A stretch of DNA of 64,000 bases from Sedimentisphaerales bacterium (GTDB lineage Bacteria > Planctomycetota > Phycisphaerae > Sedimentisphaerales > Anaerobacaceae): the NCBI GenBank assembly GCA_016932095.1, contig JAFGDN010000026.1, positions 4,692 through 68,691 on the forward strand. Reading direction: 5' to 3'. The notes beneath the pieces were generated by a model. The model was not told the origin of the DNA and ran no database searches. It saw only the letters and a list, made by a program, of their open reading frames with translations. This document shows positions 17,687 through 26,530 of this stretch, piece by piece. Each line of letters begins with the position of its first letter. The stretch's first letter is position 1. Made by a program: the position numbers and the translations under genes.

Positions 17687-20600
17687 ATGCGTAAAAAAAT
17701 AGAACTATTCAAAATAACGCTGGTTTTTGCGGCGGTTTGGGTGATTTTTAACCCGGTTCTATGCCTGGCAGGTGGTAATCTTCTCTGCGACGCGGGTTTT
17801 GATGAAAGCGAGCCAAACGGCGGATTTTCCGAATCCGGCTGCTGGTTCCAGAATATCGGCGATTCCGGTATCGGCGGCTATGCCCCTTTTGCCGCTCGCT
17901 CGGGAATAAACGGCCTATTCCTATATACCGGCTTTGCCACCGACCAGGGGCAGACAAAACTTTATCAGGAATTACCCTGTGCCGCGGGAAGACGCTACTT
18001 CGCCAGTGCCTGGGTCAAGCCCGGCTGGGACGGTTTCTTGTGGCTTACCGGCTCGCGGTCCTATGTAAAAGTCGAATTCCTCGATTGCGACAGAACCATA
18101 CTTGCCCAATATGCGAGCAAAGCCGTCGAAACAATAGATTCCGGCTGGATGCTGTTGTATTTTGCCACTTACCCCGCCCCCGTCCGCACCTGCTTTGTGC
18201 GGTTCTCACTGATACTCGAAAAGCCGGATTTGGTGGGGCTGACCTTCGCCAGCTTCGACGATTGCATCTTAAGGGAAATCGAATGCACCGACTGTATTCG
18301 CTTCAACGAGGTTCCCAGTTGCGGAAACGATGACTTACTCAAAGGTTCCGTCATCGGCATCAATCCTGCTGACTACAAGATCGGCATATACATTTTCGTA
18401 GATGACTGGTGGCCAAAACCGATGTTTGCCGTCCCCTGGACCGACATAAATCCCGACGGTTCCTGGCAATGCGACATAAGCTGGGCGGAATCCGACCTGA
18501 GAGCCACTGAAATTATGGCATTTTTGGTCCCGGTGAATGAAATTGCGAATTGGCCCGTTGATTTCAGCAATCCTGTCGGCCTGTCCGCCTTGCCGGGCGA
18601 GGCGTTCAGATTCCCCTCCGCCGGCTCGTTTAGGCCATCGTGCTTTGACAGCATTCCCTTTGCCGGCTTCAACTGGCTGATTAAGGATAGCGGCACAAGA
18701 CCCGTTGACCCCGGCGGGAATATCTTTAACCACAATAACGTCTGGGTTGATGACGACGGAATGCACCTCAAAGTCACGAAAGTCGGCGACTCGTGGCATT
18801 GTGCCGAGGTCTTCATGGAAAAATCCTTAGGCGGCGGCACTTATAGATTCGTCGTTGATAATAATACCCCCTTGCTTGACCCTACCATAGTCCTGGGCCT
18901 GTTTACCTGGGATAAATTTGCCCCTCATTACACCAACCGTGAAATGGATATCGAAATCAGCCGGTGGAATAACCCCTTTGCCGATAACGCACAATACGTA
19001 ATTCAGCCCGCCGATGCCGGCCGCATCCACAGGTTCAACGTTGACCCCTGCGACAAAGATATAACACATATACTGGAGTGGGGCTTCGGCGTCGCCGGGT
19101 TTGAAAGCTTTTATGGCACAACACTGCCGCCTGACGAAACCACTCTCATCGATTCGTGGGTTTATGCCGGCAACGACGTTCCCCGCCCCGGCAACGAAAA
19201 CGTCAGAATCAATCTCTGGCTAAATGGTGAAGCCCCGACAGACGGCAACGAGGTTGAAGTGATAATTAAGGATTTTGAGGTTACTCCCTGTTTTTATGAG
19301 GTCAGCCCCGCCGTGCTTGACTTCGATTCAGTCCTGGTATCAAAACCGAAAACGAAGCCGGTAACGATAGCAAACAGTAACCACTGTATCCCATACATCG
19401 TGGTTGTCGGGATTACCGGCCCCGACGCCAATAACTTCCACGTCGCCGACAGGGCATTTTCGCTCGAACCGGGTTCGAGTAAAAATATTGACGTTACCTT
19501 CATACCTGATACCAACCGTGTTTTCGAGGCGGCCCTCGAAATCACGAGCGCTATCGGCGCCGTCAGCGTTCCCCTCAAAGGCAGGGGCAGCCGGATTACT
19601 TATACCCGTATTCCTGCGATGGGCAGCCCCGGCTTCCTCGAAGGCCTGGTCAGCGGCGTCAATCTTCCAGATTACCGCGTTGTTTCTTATATATTCGTTT
19701 TCGACACGTGGTATATAAAACCGCTTTGTGTCTCGGGCAGCCGTTCGATTAATCCGCTCGTTCAAATATCATCCGACGGTTTGTGGCGATGCAATATCGA
19801 CCTCGAATGGACAGACAAGGCCGCGACAGACGTGGCGTCGTTTCTTATCCCCAAAAACGCCGTTTATCCGCCGTGCGTTTTGAGTTCGCTCGACGATTCT
19901 CGAATGAGTCAGTATGACCGTGTTTCAGTGAAAAGGCCGAAACTTTCAATTTCAGGTATTCGCGCGAAGGCATCGAATTCAGCCGGCGACGAAATCGTAA
20001 TCGACGGTTGGTATTTTATTGCGATGAATGAGGTTTTTTCCGCTCAGCGGTTGCTTATGACTATTCAACAAGCCGACAAGGTCATCTGGACGCAGGCCTT
20101 TGATTTTAACCCGGGCAAATTTATGAGCCAGGACGGATTTAACTGCACGAAAAACGGCGCCAGCGTCAAATTCGATAATCAGTGGATGCTGCTCAATTCC
20201 TACGCGGGCAAATTCCGTTTATCTTTGAAAAACGCCGAATTAACCTGCTTGTGCAGCCCAATTACGCTGTCCGTCGGCCTTGGCGGTTTTGATGAGTCCG
20301 CGATAGCCGATGAGGAGCTTGACCCCTATATTATTAATGCGAAACAGGTCATTCCCATAAACTTCCTTGCCGGCTGCACCGATGCCCTTCGAATAGATAA
20401 ACTGACCTTTAAGCGGGATTCCATAAGTATCAAAGGGGCAATGGTATTCAAAGGCGACCCGCCTGACCTGACTATCGAAGATGTCGGCATCGGCTGGGAT
20501 TCAGATACGTTTAATGTGCCGGCCGGTTCTTTTGTGCGAACAAGCAGGTCGCGTCCGAAGTATCGATGCAAAAAAGTCGTTACGCCAAAGGGCGTCGTTG

Positions 20601-20740
20601 ACGCATTTTTTGATTTCAGGGCGGACCTGTTTTCGATTAAAATAAGCAAAGCGAAACTCGACGCGCCATCGCAGATAGTCGCCTTCAATATTACAATGGC
20701 CGGCTTCTCTGAGGGTGTGTCAGTAAAAACAGGCAATTAA
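17687..20740 (+). CDS. Large secreted multidomain protein with a GH16-like (ConA-like glucanase) core
   Basis: GGAGGA lies 6 nt upstream of ATG 17687, followed by a signal peptide. The jelly-roll-like segment NVWVDDDGMHLKV...GTYRFVV...REMDIEISRW contains ExDxE (E 18941, D 18947, E 18953). An Ig-like segment (LDFDSV...VTIANS...VTFIPD...LKGRG) is present. An internal module of about 70 aa occurs twice. Confidence 0.6.
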   Translation: MRKKIELFKITLVFAAVWVIFNPVLCLAGGNLLCDAGFDESEPNGGFSESGCWFQNIGDSGIGGYAPFAARSGINGLFLYTGFATDQGQTKLYQELPCAAGRRYFASAWVKPGWDGFLWLTGSRSYVKVEFLDCDRTILAQYASKAVETIDSGWMLLYFATYPAPVRTCFVRFSLILEKPDLVGLTFASFDDCILREIECTDCIRFNEVPSCGNDDLLKGSVIGINPADYKIGIYIFVDDWWPKPMFAVPWTDINPDGSWQCDISWAESDLRATEIMAFLVPVNEIANWPVDFSNPVGLSALPGEAFRFPSAGSFRPSCFDSIPFAGFNWLIKDSGTRPVDPGGNIFNHNNVWVDDDGMHLKVTKVGDSWHCAEVFMEKSLGGGTYRFVVDNNTPLLDPTIVLGLFTWDKFAPHYTNREMDIEISRWNNPFADNAQYVIQPADAGRIHRFNVDPCDKDITHILEWGFGVAGFESFYGTTLPPDETTLIDSWVYAGNDVPRPGNENVRINLWLNGEAPTDGNEVEVIIKDFEVTPCFYEVSPAVLDFDSVLVSKPKTKPVTIANSNHCIPYIVVVGITGPDANNFHVADRAFSLEPGSSKNIDVTFIPDTNRVFEAALEITSAIGAVSVPLKGRGSRITYTRIPAMGSPGFLEGLVSGVNLPDYRVVSYIFVFDTWYIKPLCVSGSRSINPLVQISSDGLWRCNIDLEWTDKAATDVASFLIPKNAVYPPCVLSSLDDSRMSQYDRVSVKRPKLSISGIRAKASNSAGDEIVIDGWYFIAMNEVFSAQRLLMTIQQADKVIWTQAFDFNPGKFMSQDGFNCTKNGASVKFDNQWMLLNSYAGKFRLSLKNAELTCLCSPITLSVGLGGFDESAIADEELDPYIINAKQVIPINFLAGCTDALRIDKLTFKRDSISIKGAMVFKGDPPDLTIEDVGIGWDSDTFNVPAGSFVRTSRSRPKYRCKKVVTPKGVVDAFFDFRADLFSIKISKAKLDAPSQIVAFNITMAGFSEGVSVKTGN

Positions 20741-20758
20741 CTTTTTAAGGGCAGATTT

Positions 20759-21724
20759 ATGAAAAGGTCGTTAATTTTAATTGCGTTTTTCTTAATATCG
20801 GTCGTCTTGATTTGCATTGGCTGTAAAAAGAAGGAAGACCAGGGCACAAAACCGCCTGCCGATGCGAACACTCAGACACAGCCGCAGATACAGGAATTGC
20901 CCGAGGAGCCGGAAGAAGAGATTGAACCGCCTCCTCCGCCTCCTCAGGAAACTGCTCCGGAAACTCCGCAAAGCACGGGGCGCAACGACGATACTTCAAA
21001 TCCTTCAGCTAAAAATACAAGGCGATTGCCGCTAAAAGACATAAAGCCCGCCGGCACCGCCGGGCCGGTTACGCCCCTGACTCCGGAAGAATTTCAGCAG
21101 TTTGATGCTCTTGAGAGTTCCGACGACAAAAAGGAATTTATTTCAGAATTCATCGATGCCAATCCTGAGGCGATTGCCCAGCTTGTCAATAAGGCCCTTG
21201 ATGACAAAGACCCGGATGTTCGCCTGGAGGCGATGGAGGCGCTTGTAGAGCGGGAGGCGTCCGGCCTGGGGGTCATTGACGCCGTTCAAAGGGCGCTTAC
21301 GGATGAAAGCGAAGATGTCCGTGAAAGTGCAGTCGAGGCGTGCGGATATTTAAACGAACCTGAGGTGGGTGAAATGCTTGCACAGGCGGTTAACGACGCC
21401 AGCGAAGACGTCAGGACTTCCGCCATTCAGGCCGCTGATGAAAAAGAAGCCCCCGTTCGCCTGAATGTGTTGAAGGCGGGTCTTTCCAGCCGGTATGAGG
21501 ACGTCAAAGAGGCGAGCGTTTCTTCTCTTATAGATGTATCCACTCACGAAGCCGTCGACGCACTGCTGTCGGGACTCAAGGACCCCAATCCTGAATTCAG
21601 GGAAACCGTCAGCGACGCGCTGGATTTCCTTATCGGACAGGAATTCAAGACCTACGATGAAGGCGCGAGATGGTGGAGAACGAACCGCGACCGCTTCGAT
21701 GAAGAGCTTAACGAAAAGGATTAA
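20759..21724 (+). CDS. HEAT-repeat lipoprotein with Pro/Glu-rich linker
   Basis: Signal peptide with lipobox-like LICIGC, a PEEPEEEIEPPPPPPQE linker, and repeated D(P/E/A)(D/S)EDVR..A(V/I/M).A HEAT-like units. Confidence 0.65.
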   Translation: MKRSLILIAFFLISVVLICIGCKKKEDQGTKPPADANTQTQPQIQELPEEPEEEIEPPPPPPQETAPETPQSTGRNDDTSNPSAKNTRRLPLKDIKPAGTAGPVTPLTPEEFQQFDALESSDDKKEFISEFIDANPEAIAQLVNKALDDKDPDVRLEAMEALVEREASGLGVIDAVQRALTDESEDVRESAVEACGYLNEPEVGEMLAQAVNDASEDVRTSAIQAADEKEAPVRLNVLKAGLSSRYEDVKEASVSSLIDVSTHEAVDALLSGLKDPNPEFRETVSDALDFLIGQEFKTYDEGARWWRTNRDRFDEELNEKD

Positions 21725-21766
21725 CAATAAATGTTTAGCCCCCAGGCAGGTTTGTGGGGTCGTCTT

Positions 21767-22747
21767 CTAAAACCGGAAATTCAAGGTCAGCGACGCGAAA
21801 GAATCCTCGTCGGGCTGTTCGTCATACTCGCGCGTCAAAAACGTCTGCGAATAAGTCAGCTCAAAGGACTTGTGTCGTAAACACCCCCCGACCTGAATCA
21901 CACCCACGACCGGCTTTTCGCGAAGTCCTGTCAGAAAACGGTCATGCTCGACGAGCTTGCCTCCAAATCTCGAAAAAACATAAAAGTGCATTGGCTCGTC
22001 ATTAGCTGGATAAATAGCGCACGCCGGCGCCTCCAGCCGGCCGGGACCGAAATCATTTGGCAGGTTGAATCCTGCCCGGAAAAGAACGCTCAAAACTGCG
22101 TTCCTGTGAACCGACCCCACCGTAAAGCCGTATTCGAGATGCGAATCAAAATTAGAGGTGTGCGAGAACGTAATCGCGTCGGCACGCTGTCTTTTGAACC
22201 ACGTTACGTCAATTGTGAATTCATCATCAAGCTGTTTTCCCCAGCCCTTTGGGGCATCGGCACCAACAATCTCATGCACCATCTCCTGGGTATATTCCGC
22301 CTGTGTCGATGGGCCTATCATACCCAGTTTTAACTCAAAGTGTTCCATTTGTTCTGTCGTGGCTCGCTGGGCAAACAAGCCGGCAAATAACCATCCGGCG
22401 AAAACGCGGTCTTTATAGTTTCTCACCTTGGGGTCCCCGACGTTGTCAGGCGTGAAAATATTCTGGCATAGAAAATAACCTAATGCGGTAGAAACATCAG
22501 TTTTGTCATCCGAAAAATTGTTCCACTTTGCAAATTCTCTTAGCCAATTACAGGCCGGCTGGTTTGTATAGACCATTTTGAGGCCTTCCGTGTAGTGTCG
22601 GTCGGTGCGGTCGTTGGGCTTCACAAAGGTCCCGTCATTTTCCCAGTAAATCGTGAATGACTCTTTGCCCTGAGCCGGACATATTGACAAAAAGCACATA
22701 ATGACTGCCAGAGAAATTTTAACTTGATATTGTACTTTGTATTTCAT
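21767..22747 (-). CDS. Outer-membrane LpxR-like lipid A deacylase family protein (tentative)
   Basis: A signal peptide is followed by FTIYWENDGTF...TDRHYTEGLKMVY, which matches my recollection of the LpxR/DUF2219 N-terminal signature. The C-terminus ends in F (LTLNFRF), like beta-barrel outer-membrane proteins. Confidence 0.5.
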   Translation of the reverse strand: MKYKVQYQVKISLAVIMCFLSICPAQGKESFTIYWENDGTFVKPNDRTDRHYTEGLKMVYTNQPACNWLREFAKWNNFSDDKTDVSTALGYFLCQNIFTPDNVGDPKVRNYKDRVFAGWLFAGLFAQRATTEQMEHFELKLGMIGPSTQAEYTQEMVHEIVGADAPKGWGKQLDDEFTIDVTWFKRQRADAITFSHTSNFDSHLEYGFTVGSVHRNAVLSVLFRAGFNLPNDFGPGRLEAPACAIYPANDEPMHFYVFSRFGGKLVEHDRFLTGLREKPVVGVIQVGGCLRHKSFELTYSQTFLTREYDEQPDEDSFASLTLNFRF

Positions 22748-24480
22748 TGTTCGGGTCTTCGTTGCTGGCTGTTCTCACCGATTTTAGGCGGTTCGCAAAT
22801 CCAGAGCACTTCCTTCCCGTCGGTGCGAATTATACGGTGAATCGGCTCGCCTAAATTAAATTCTCCCGGCCGGATTATAAAAAGAATCCGGCTCGCTGGA
22901 TTGCTTTGCTGTAAAGAAATCAGCGAGGATACATAGGAGTTTTTATATATAAAGTGCATCTTTCCGTAACGAGTATAATAGTCCCAGATGTCGCTGGTCG
23001 TAAATTCCTGCGGCTCATTAAACCATTTGTTCGGTTCATAACCAATCGCCGTGAGCGTAATAATGTAGGGCATGTTAAAGTTGTTCGTTGTGAAGAAAAC
23101 TCCGTCGTACTCGCCAAGCCGCGGTTTGAGCCATTCACACGCTTCAACCAAATCTTTGTTGAAGAGATTGTAAATACTCGGATGAACATTAAACAAAAAA
23201 TAGAAACGGTAAAAGTGCTGAATATTTAATATAATAACGCTCGTGAAGAAAGCGCTAACGGCAACCAGCCCCGCCTCGCGCCGTCGTCTCCAGAGCCATC
23301 GTGCTGTCTCGACCCCGCCAAGCGCCGCCAATAAAATCAAGCCGCATGTGCCCGGTGCGCTGCGTAACGCGTGCATTCCGACCATCTGATATAAGCTGTC
23401 GCCGATTGGGTACGCGATTACAAAAGCCAGCGCAAGTCGCACCGAAGCCGACCGAAAGGTTTTTAAAATTACGATAAGCCCTAAAACCATAAGGGGCAGC
23501 ATATACCAGTGAAAAACCCCGATTCCAGGCGGCGACTGTAACGGCAGATAATCACCGTGAATAAAAAGAAAATCCGGTCCAAAGTGACGTATGTATCGGA
23601 TGAAGATATTTTTTACTGCCGTCAACGGTGCTGCATCCGCCAGAAAATACCCCACCTTGTTCTGGGCTATTGCGTTACGTGAAATACCCTCAGGATGAAA
23701 AACGTGCTGCCAGAAAAGCGGACCGAACATCATCGCAAACCCGAACATAAACGCCGCTATGGCCCAAAAACCCTTGCGTGTTTTAATGCTGCGCCGCCAT
23801 TCCGGCATCATCAGCAAAACTACAACCATCAAAAAGAACGGCACGAATATCCGCACAGATTGATATCCATAACAACAAATTCCCGATATTATTCCTGCAA
23901 GCCCTGCCAAGACAGGCCTGGGGCCGTTAGTTTTGGCGCCGCTTATCGGCAGCCCCGCCCACAAAAGCATTGCCAGGGGTGCGATACCCAGCAAAGCGCA
24001 TATACTGGCCTCGTGCCCCCATCGACTTTGCTGAAGATGCCACGGATTGAGCGTCAAAAGCAGCGACGCCAATAATCCTGTTTCCTTGTCGAACAATCGT
24101 TTTCCTGTGAGGTATATAATTAGCACCGTAAATATGCCGCCAATCGCCCCCGGCAATCTCGTGGTTGTTATATTAAGCCCCCCGATGGCTTGAAACGGTA
24201 TCGTTAAATACATGTAAAGCGTGCTGCCGTTGCCGCCAAGCCCTTGTATGTAATACACCGGCCATGAAACGCCATGCTGGTCTTTCCCCGTTTTCAAAAG
24301 GCAATAGGCGTTCCAGCCGTTGACCGCTTCGTCCTGGTTAAGCCCCGGCGGCGATTGGCCGAACTTGACTAACCGTAAAAATCCCGCGACAAGCAAAATA
24401 ATAAACAGTGTTACCCGAACCGGATAACGCGAAATTGTCCCGCTTATTTCATAGCTGGAAATACCTCGGCCGCTCAGCAT
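22744..24480 (-). CDS. Glycosyltransferase family 39 (ArnT/PMT_2-like) membrane protein
   Basis: Polytopic membrane protein with an early periplasmic-loop motif PPGLNQDEAVNGWNAY typical of ArnT-like GT-C enzymes. Its stop overlaps the LpxR-like start (ATGA). Confidence 0.7.
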   Translation of the reverse strand: MLSGRGISSYEISGTISRYPVRVTLFIILLVAGFLRLVKFGQSPPGLNQDEAVNGWNAYCLLKTGKDQHGVSWPVYYIQGLGGNGSTLYMYLTIPFQAIGGLNITTTRLPGAIGGIFTVLIIYLTGKRLFDKETGLLASLLLTLNPWHLQQSRWGHEASICALLGIAPLAMLLWAGLPISGAKTNGPRPVLAGLAGIISGICCYGYQSVRIFVPFFLMVVVLLMMPEWRRSIKTRKGFWAIAAFMFGFAMMFGPLFWQHVFHPEGISRNAIAQNKVGYFLADAAPLTAVKNIFIRYIRHFGPDFLFIHGDYLPLQSPPGIGVFHWYMLPLMVLGLIVILKTFRSASVRLALAFVIAYPIGDSLYQMVGMHALRSAPGTCGLILLAALGGVETARWLWRRRREAGLVAVSAFFTSVIILNIQHFYRFYFLFNVHPSIYNLFNKDLVEACEWLKPRLGEYDGVFFTTNNFNMPYIITLTAIGYEPNKWFNEPQEFTTSDIWDYYTRYGKMHFIYKNSYVSSLISLQQSNPASRILFIIRPGEFNLGEPIHRIIRTDGKEVLWICEPPKIGENSQQRRPEQ

Positions 24481-24584
24481 AGGGCTGAAGAATATCTTTA
24501 CCGGTAATTTCCGTCAAGTAAAAGTTACCCTCGGATACGGGATTTTCGATTTTATCCCCTCGTATTGTGCTTCTGAGCAGGGAC

Positions 24585-24752
24585 TTAGTTTTTCGATTGC
24601 GATATCAGCGGCCTTGAATTTGTCGAGCCATAATCGTCGCGTAACGCTTCTTCAAGCATAGACTTTTCGAGCAGCAGGTCAATCACCAGCTTTTTCAGCC
24701 GGGCATTCTCTTTCTGTATATCCTCTAATTGTTTTCTCTGCTCGAATTTCAT
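24585..24752 (-). pseudogene. Possible relic of an IS3-family OrfA (leucine-zipper segment only)
   Basis: Hand-translated 55-aa ORF: MKFEQRKQLEDIQKENARLKKLVIDLLLEKSMLEEALRDDYGSTNSRPLISQSKN. The ENARLKKLV...L..K..L.EAL pattern resembles the C-terminal zipper of IS3-family OrfA. No OrfB or inverted repeats were seen. Confidence 0.3.
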
Positions 24753-25084
24753 CTGTGGAAGAATCCGTGCTCACCGGTCTCAAGTTTCTGGACTAACGAT
24801 TTACAGGGCGAGCACATAACCGGAAGAAAGACGTGGGGGCTATAAACCTGCGGGGCAGATTCAGGCCGCTTGCGTGCGCGTTTTATGTTTTTTGCTTGAC
24901 GCCGGCTGTTAAAATGGGTAAGATTCTCCCGCTCACGCTCAATGAATTTGGGTAAGGTCTGGTGAAGAAAACGTTTGTGGGCGAAAGCCGATTTAATGTT
25001 CTGAACACGAGCCGGTGTGTTTATAAGGTCCATCAGTTCAGGGTTTTCAGCCATTGACAAATTGATTCGCATGACCTTTTCCAT
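24749..25084 (-). CDS. Hypothetical protein (111 aa); may be the degraded N-terminal part of the same relic
   Basis: ORF only. It ends ...ETGEHGFFHR with a TGA that overlaps the ATG of the zipper ORF (ATGA). No recognisable motifs. Confidence 0.3.
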   Translation of the reverse strand: MEKVMRINLSMAENPELMDLINTPARVQNIKSAFAHKRFLHQTLPKFIERERENLTHFNSRRQAKNIKRARKRPESAPQVYSPHVFLPVMCSPCKSLVQKLETGEHGFFHR

Positions 25085-25205
25085 TTCTATTTACCTCACC
25101 CGGTATTTTATCGGCAAAGGATAAGCGTAATCATGAGATAATTCAAGATAAAAAAAGAGAATACAAGAACTGTTCGCATCATAAGTTATCGCACATAATA
25201 AGTTT

Positions 25206-25640
25206 ATGAAAGAAAAAAGATTTCAAAAATTACTGAGCGCCCACGTTGACGCCGAATTATGCGAACGCTTTTTACGGCAGGCATATACACGCTGCATCGT
25301 AAAAAAAAGAGCCCTCGCTGGCGCAGTGAAGTTATGGACCAAACTGCCCGGCGAAATCCAGGCACGGCTTGTGGACCAGTCCCTCGATGAAAGCTCGTTT
25401 ACGGAGCTTGTCGGCCAGATTATTGACAAGCGAATAGGCCAAAAAGAGCCGACCAAAGCGGGCCATGCCCCGCGACAGCAGTTGCGGGAGGCAATATCGA
25501 GAATCAGGGAAATGGTCGAGATTGAAAGCCGTCAGCCGGGCACGATTTACCGCGTCCTCGACAGCGACGAGCAGAAAGTCCTCGACGAATTCCGCAAGCT
25601 GGTCAGTACCGAAGAGCAAAAGAAGAGCAAAACAGCTTGA
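25206..25640 (+). CDS. Hypothetical protein (144 aa, charged/helical)
   Basis: ORF with plausible composition. The competing antisense ORF 25332-25811 looks like noise. Confidence 0.45.
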   Translation: MKEKRFQKLLSAHVDAELCERFLRQAYTRCIVKKRALAGAVKLWTKLPGEIQARLVDQSLDESSFTELVGQIIDKRIGQKEPTKAGHAPRQQLREAISRIREMVEIESRQPGTIYRVLDSDEQKVLDEFRKLVSTEEQKKSKTA

Positions 25641-25693
25641 GCCGCAGTTTTTGCCGCGTAGGACTGTAGGCAGAGGATGGGCCGCAGAGGCGT

Positions 25694-26209
25694 TTACATC
25701 GGCTGTTGTATTGGCGGGGCGGATGCCTGTGCCTGGTTTAATTTTCGCAGGGCATTGTAGCCGGCGACGATGCAGATAAATGCGAAGACGTGAAAGCTGA
25801 AACTGAACCATTCGCCGAAGGGAACGAAAATCAGGCCGTCCAGCATATACAAGACCATACCAACGATAAAAGCCCAGCCGTGCTTTCGGCAGGCAAACCA
25901 GCCGAACAGCGCGAATATGCCCGCGAACAAGCCGTTAAAAATCAGGGCGACGACATTGACAATAAGCGATATTTCAGCATGCCCCTCTTTGACAGCCATA
26001 GCGATACCATCGACGATTTGAGTAATTCCCAGCCCTACGACAAATGTAACATTGCCGCGGGCAAGATGAATGGCCGTATTCACTAACGACAATCCCGCAA
26101 TCCAGTAGAACCATTTGGCGCCGTTTATGAAGGTCTTCTCATGCTTTGTGAGGTCGATTTTTGGCGGTTCCTGCGGCGTAATGAGCAGGCCATCACGGGT
26201 CTGGTCCAT
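25694..26209 (-). CDS. Small integral membrane protein (4-5 TM)
   Basis: Hydrophobic helices throughout. Start taken at the internal MDQTRDG (26209). Confidence 0.5.
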   Translation of the reverse strand: MDQTRDGLLITPQEPPKIDLTKHEKTFINGAKWFYWIAGLSLVNTAIHLARGNVTFVVGLGITQIVDGIAMAVKEGHAEISLIVNVVALIFNGLFAGIFALFGWFACRKHGWAFIVGMVLYMLDGLIFVPFGEWFSFSFHVFAFICIVAGYNALRKLNQAQASAPPIQQPM

Positions 26210-26293
26210 AATCTCTCCTTTCCTGATGTTTAAGGTCGGTATAATTTTCGTTTTGTATTTTATCCGGCCGCATATTTTTTTCAATAATTTTTC

Positions 26294-26321
26294 TTGAAAA
26301 GCAGGCGAGGGAGCGTATAAT
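26294..26321 (+). promoter_or_regulatory. Sigma70-like promoter of the leu operon (TTGAAA-N16-TATAAT)
   Basis: TTGAAA 26294-26299 and TATAAT 26316-26321. This would leave a leader of about 200 nt before leuA. Confidence 0.45.
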
Positions 26322-26530
26322 GGTTATGAATATGAATAACAGCGTAACAGTATGTTCAATCCTTAAAGGCCTTCCGGTCCTCACGCTAATCCTGCGCCGG
26401 TAAGGCGCAAAATACCGTATCACCAAAATCCGATTTTCTCATTACACCAATAAAGCAATGGCTTTTATGCACTTTTTACGACATAATGGCCGTCTAACTT
26501 TCGACAAAATATAAGGTTGGAGATATACAG

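Noticed and set aside
18335-18840. Two overlapping minus-strand ORFs of about 155 aa
   Set aside because: Both are antisense to the large secreted-protein gene, and they overlap each other in different frames.
25332-25811. 159-aa minus-strand ORF
   Set aside because: It overlaps both the 144-aa plus-strand ORF and the membrane-protein gene. Its sequence is low-complexity and Arg/Leu-rich.
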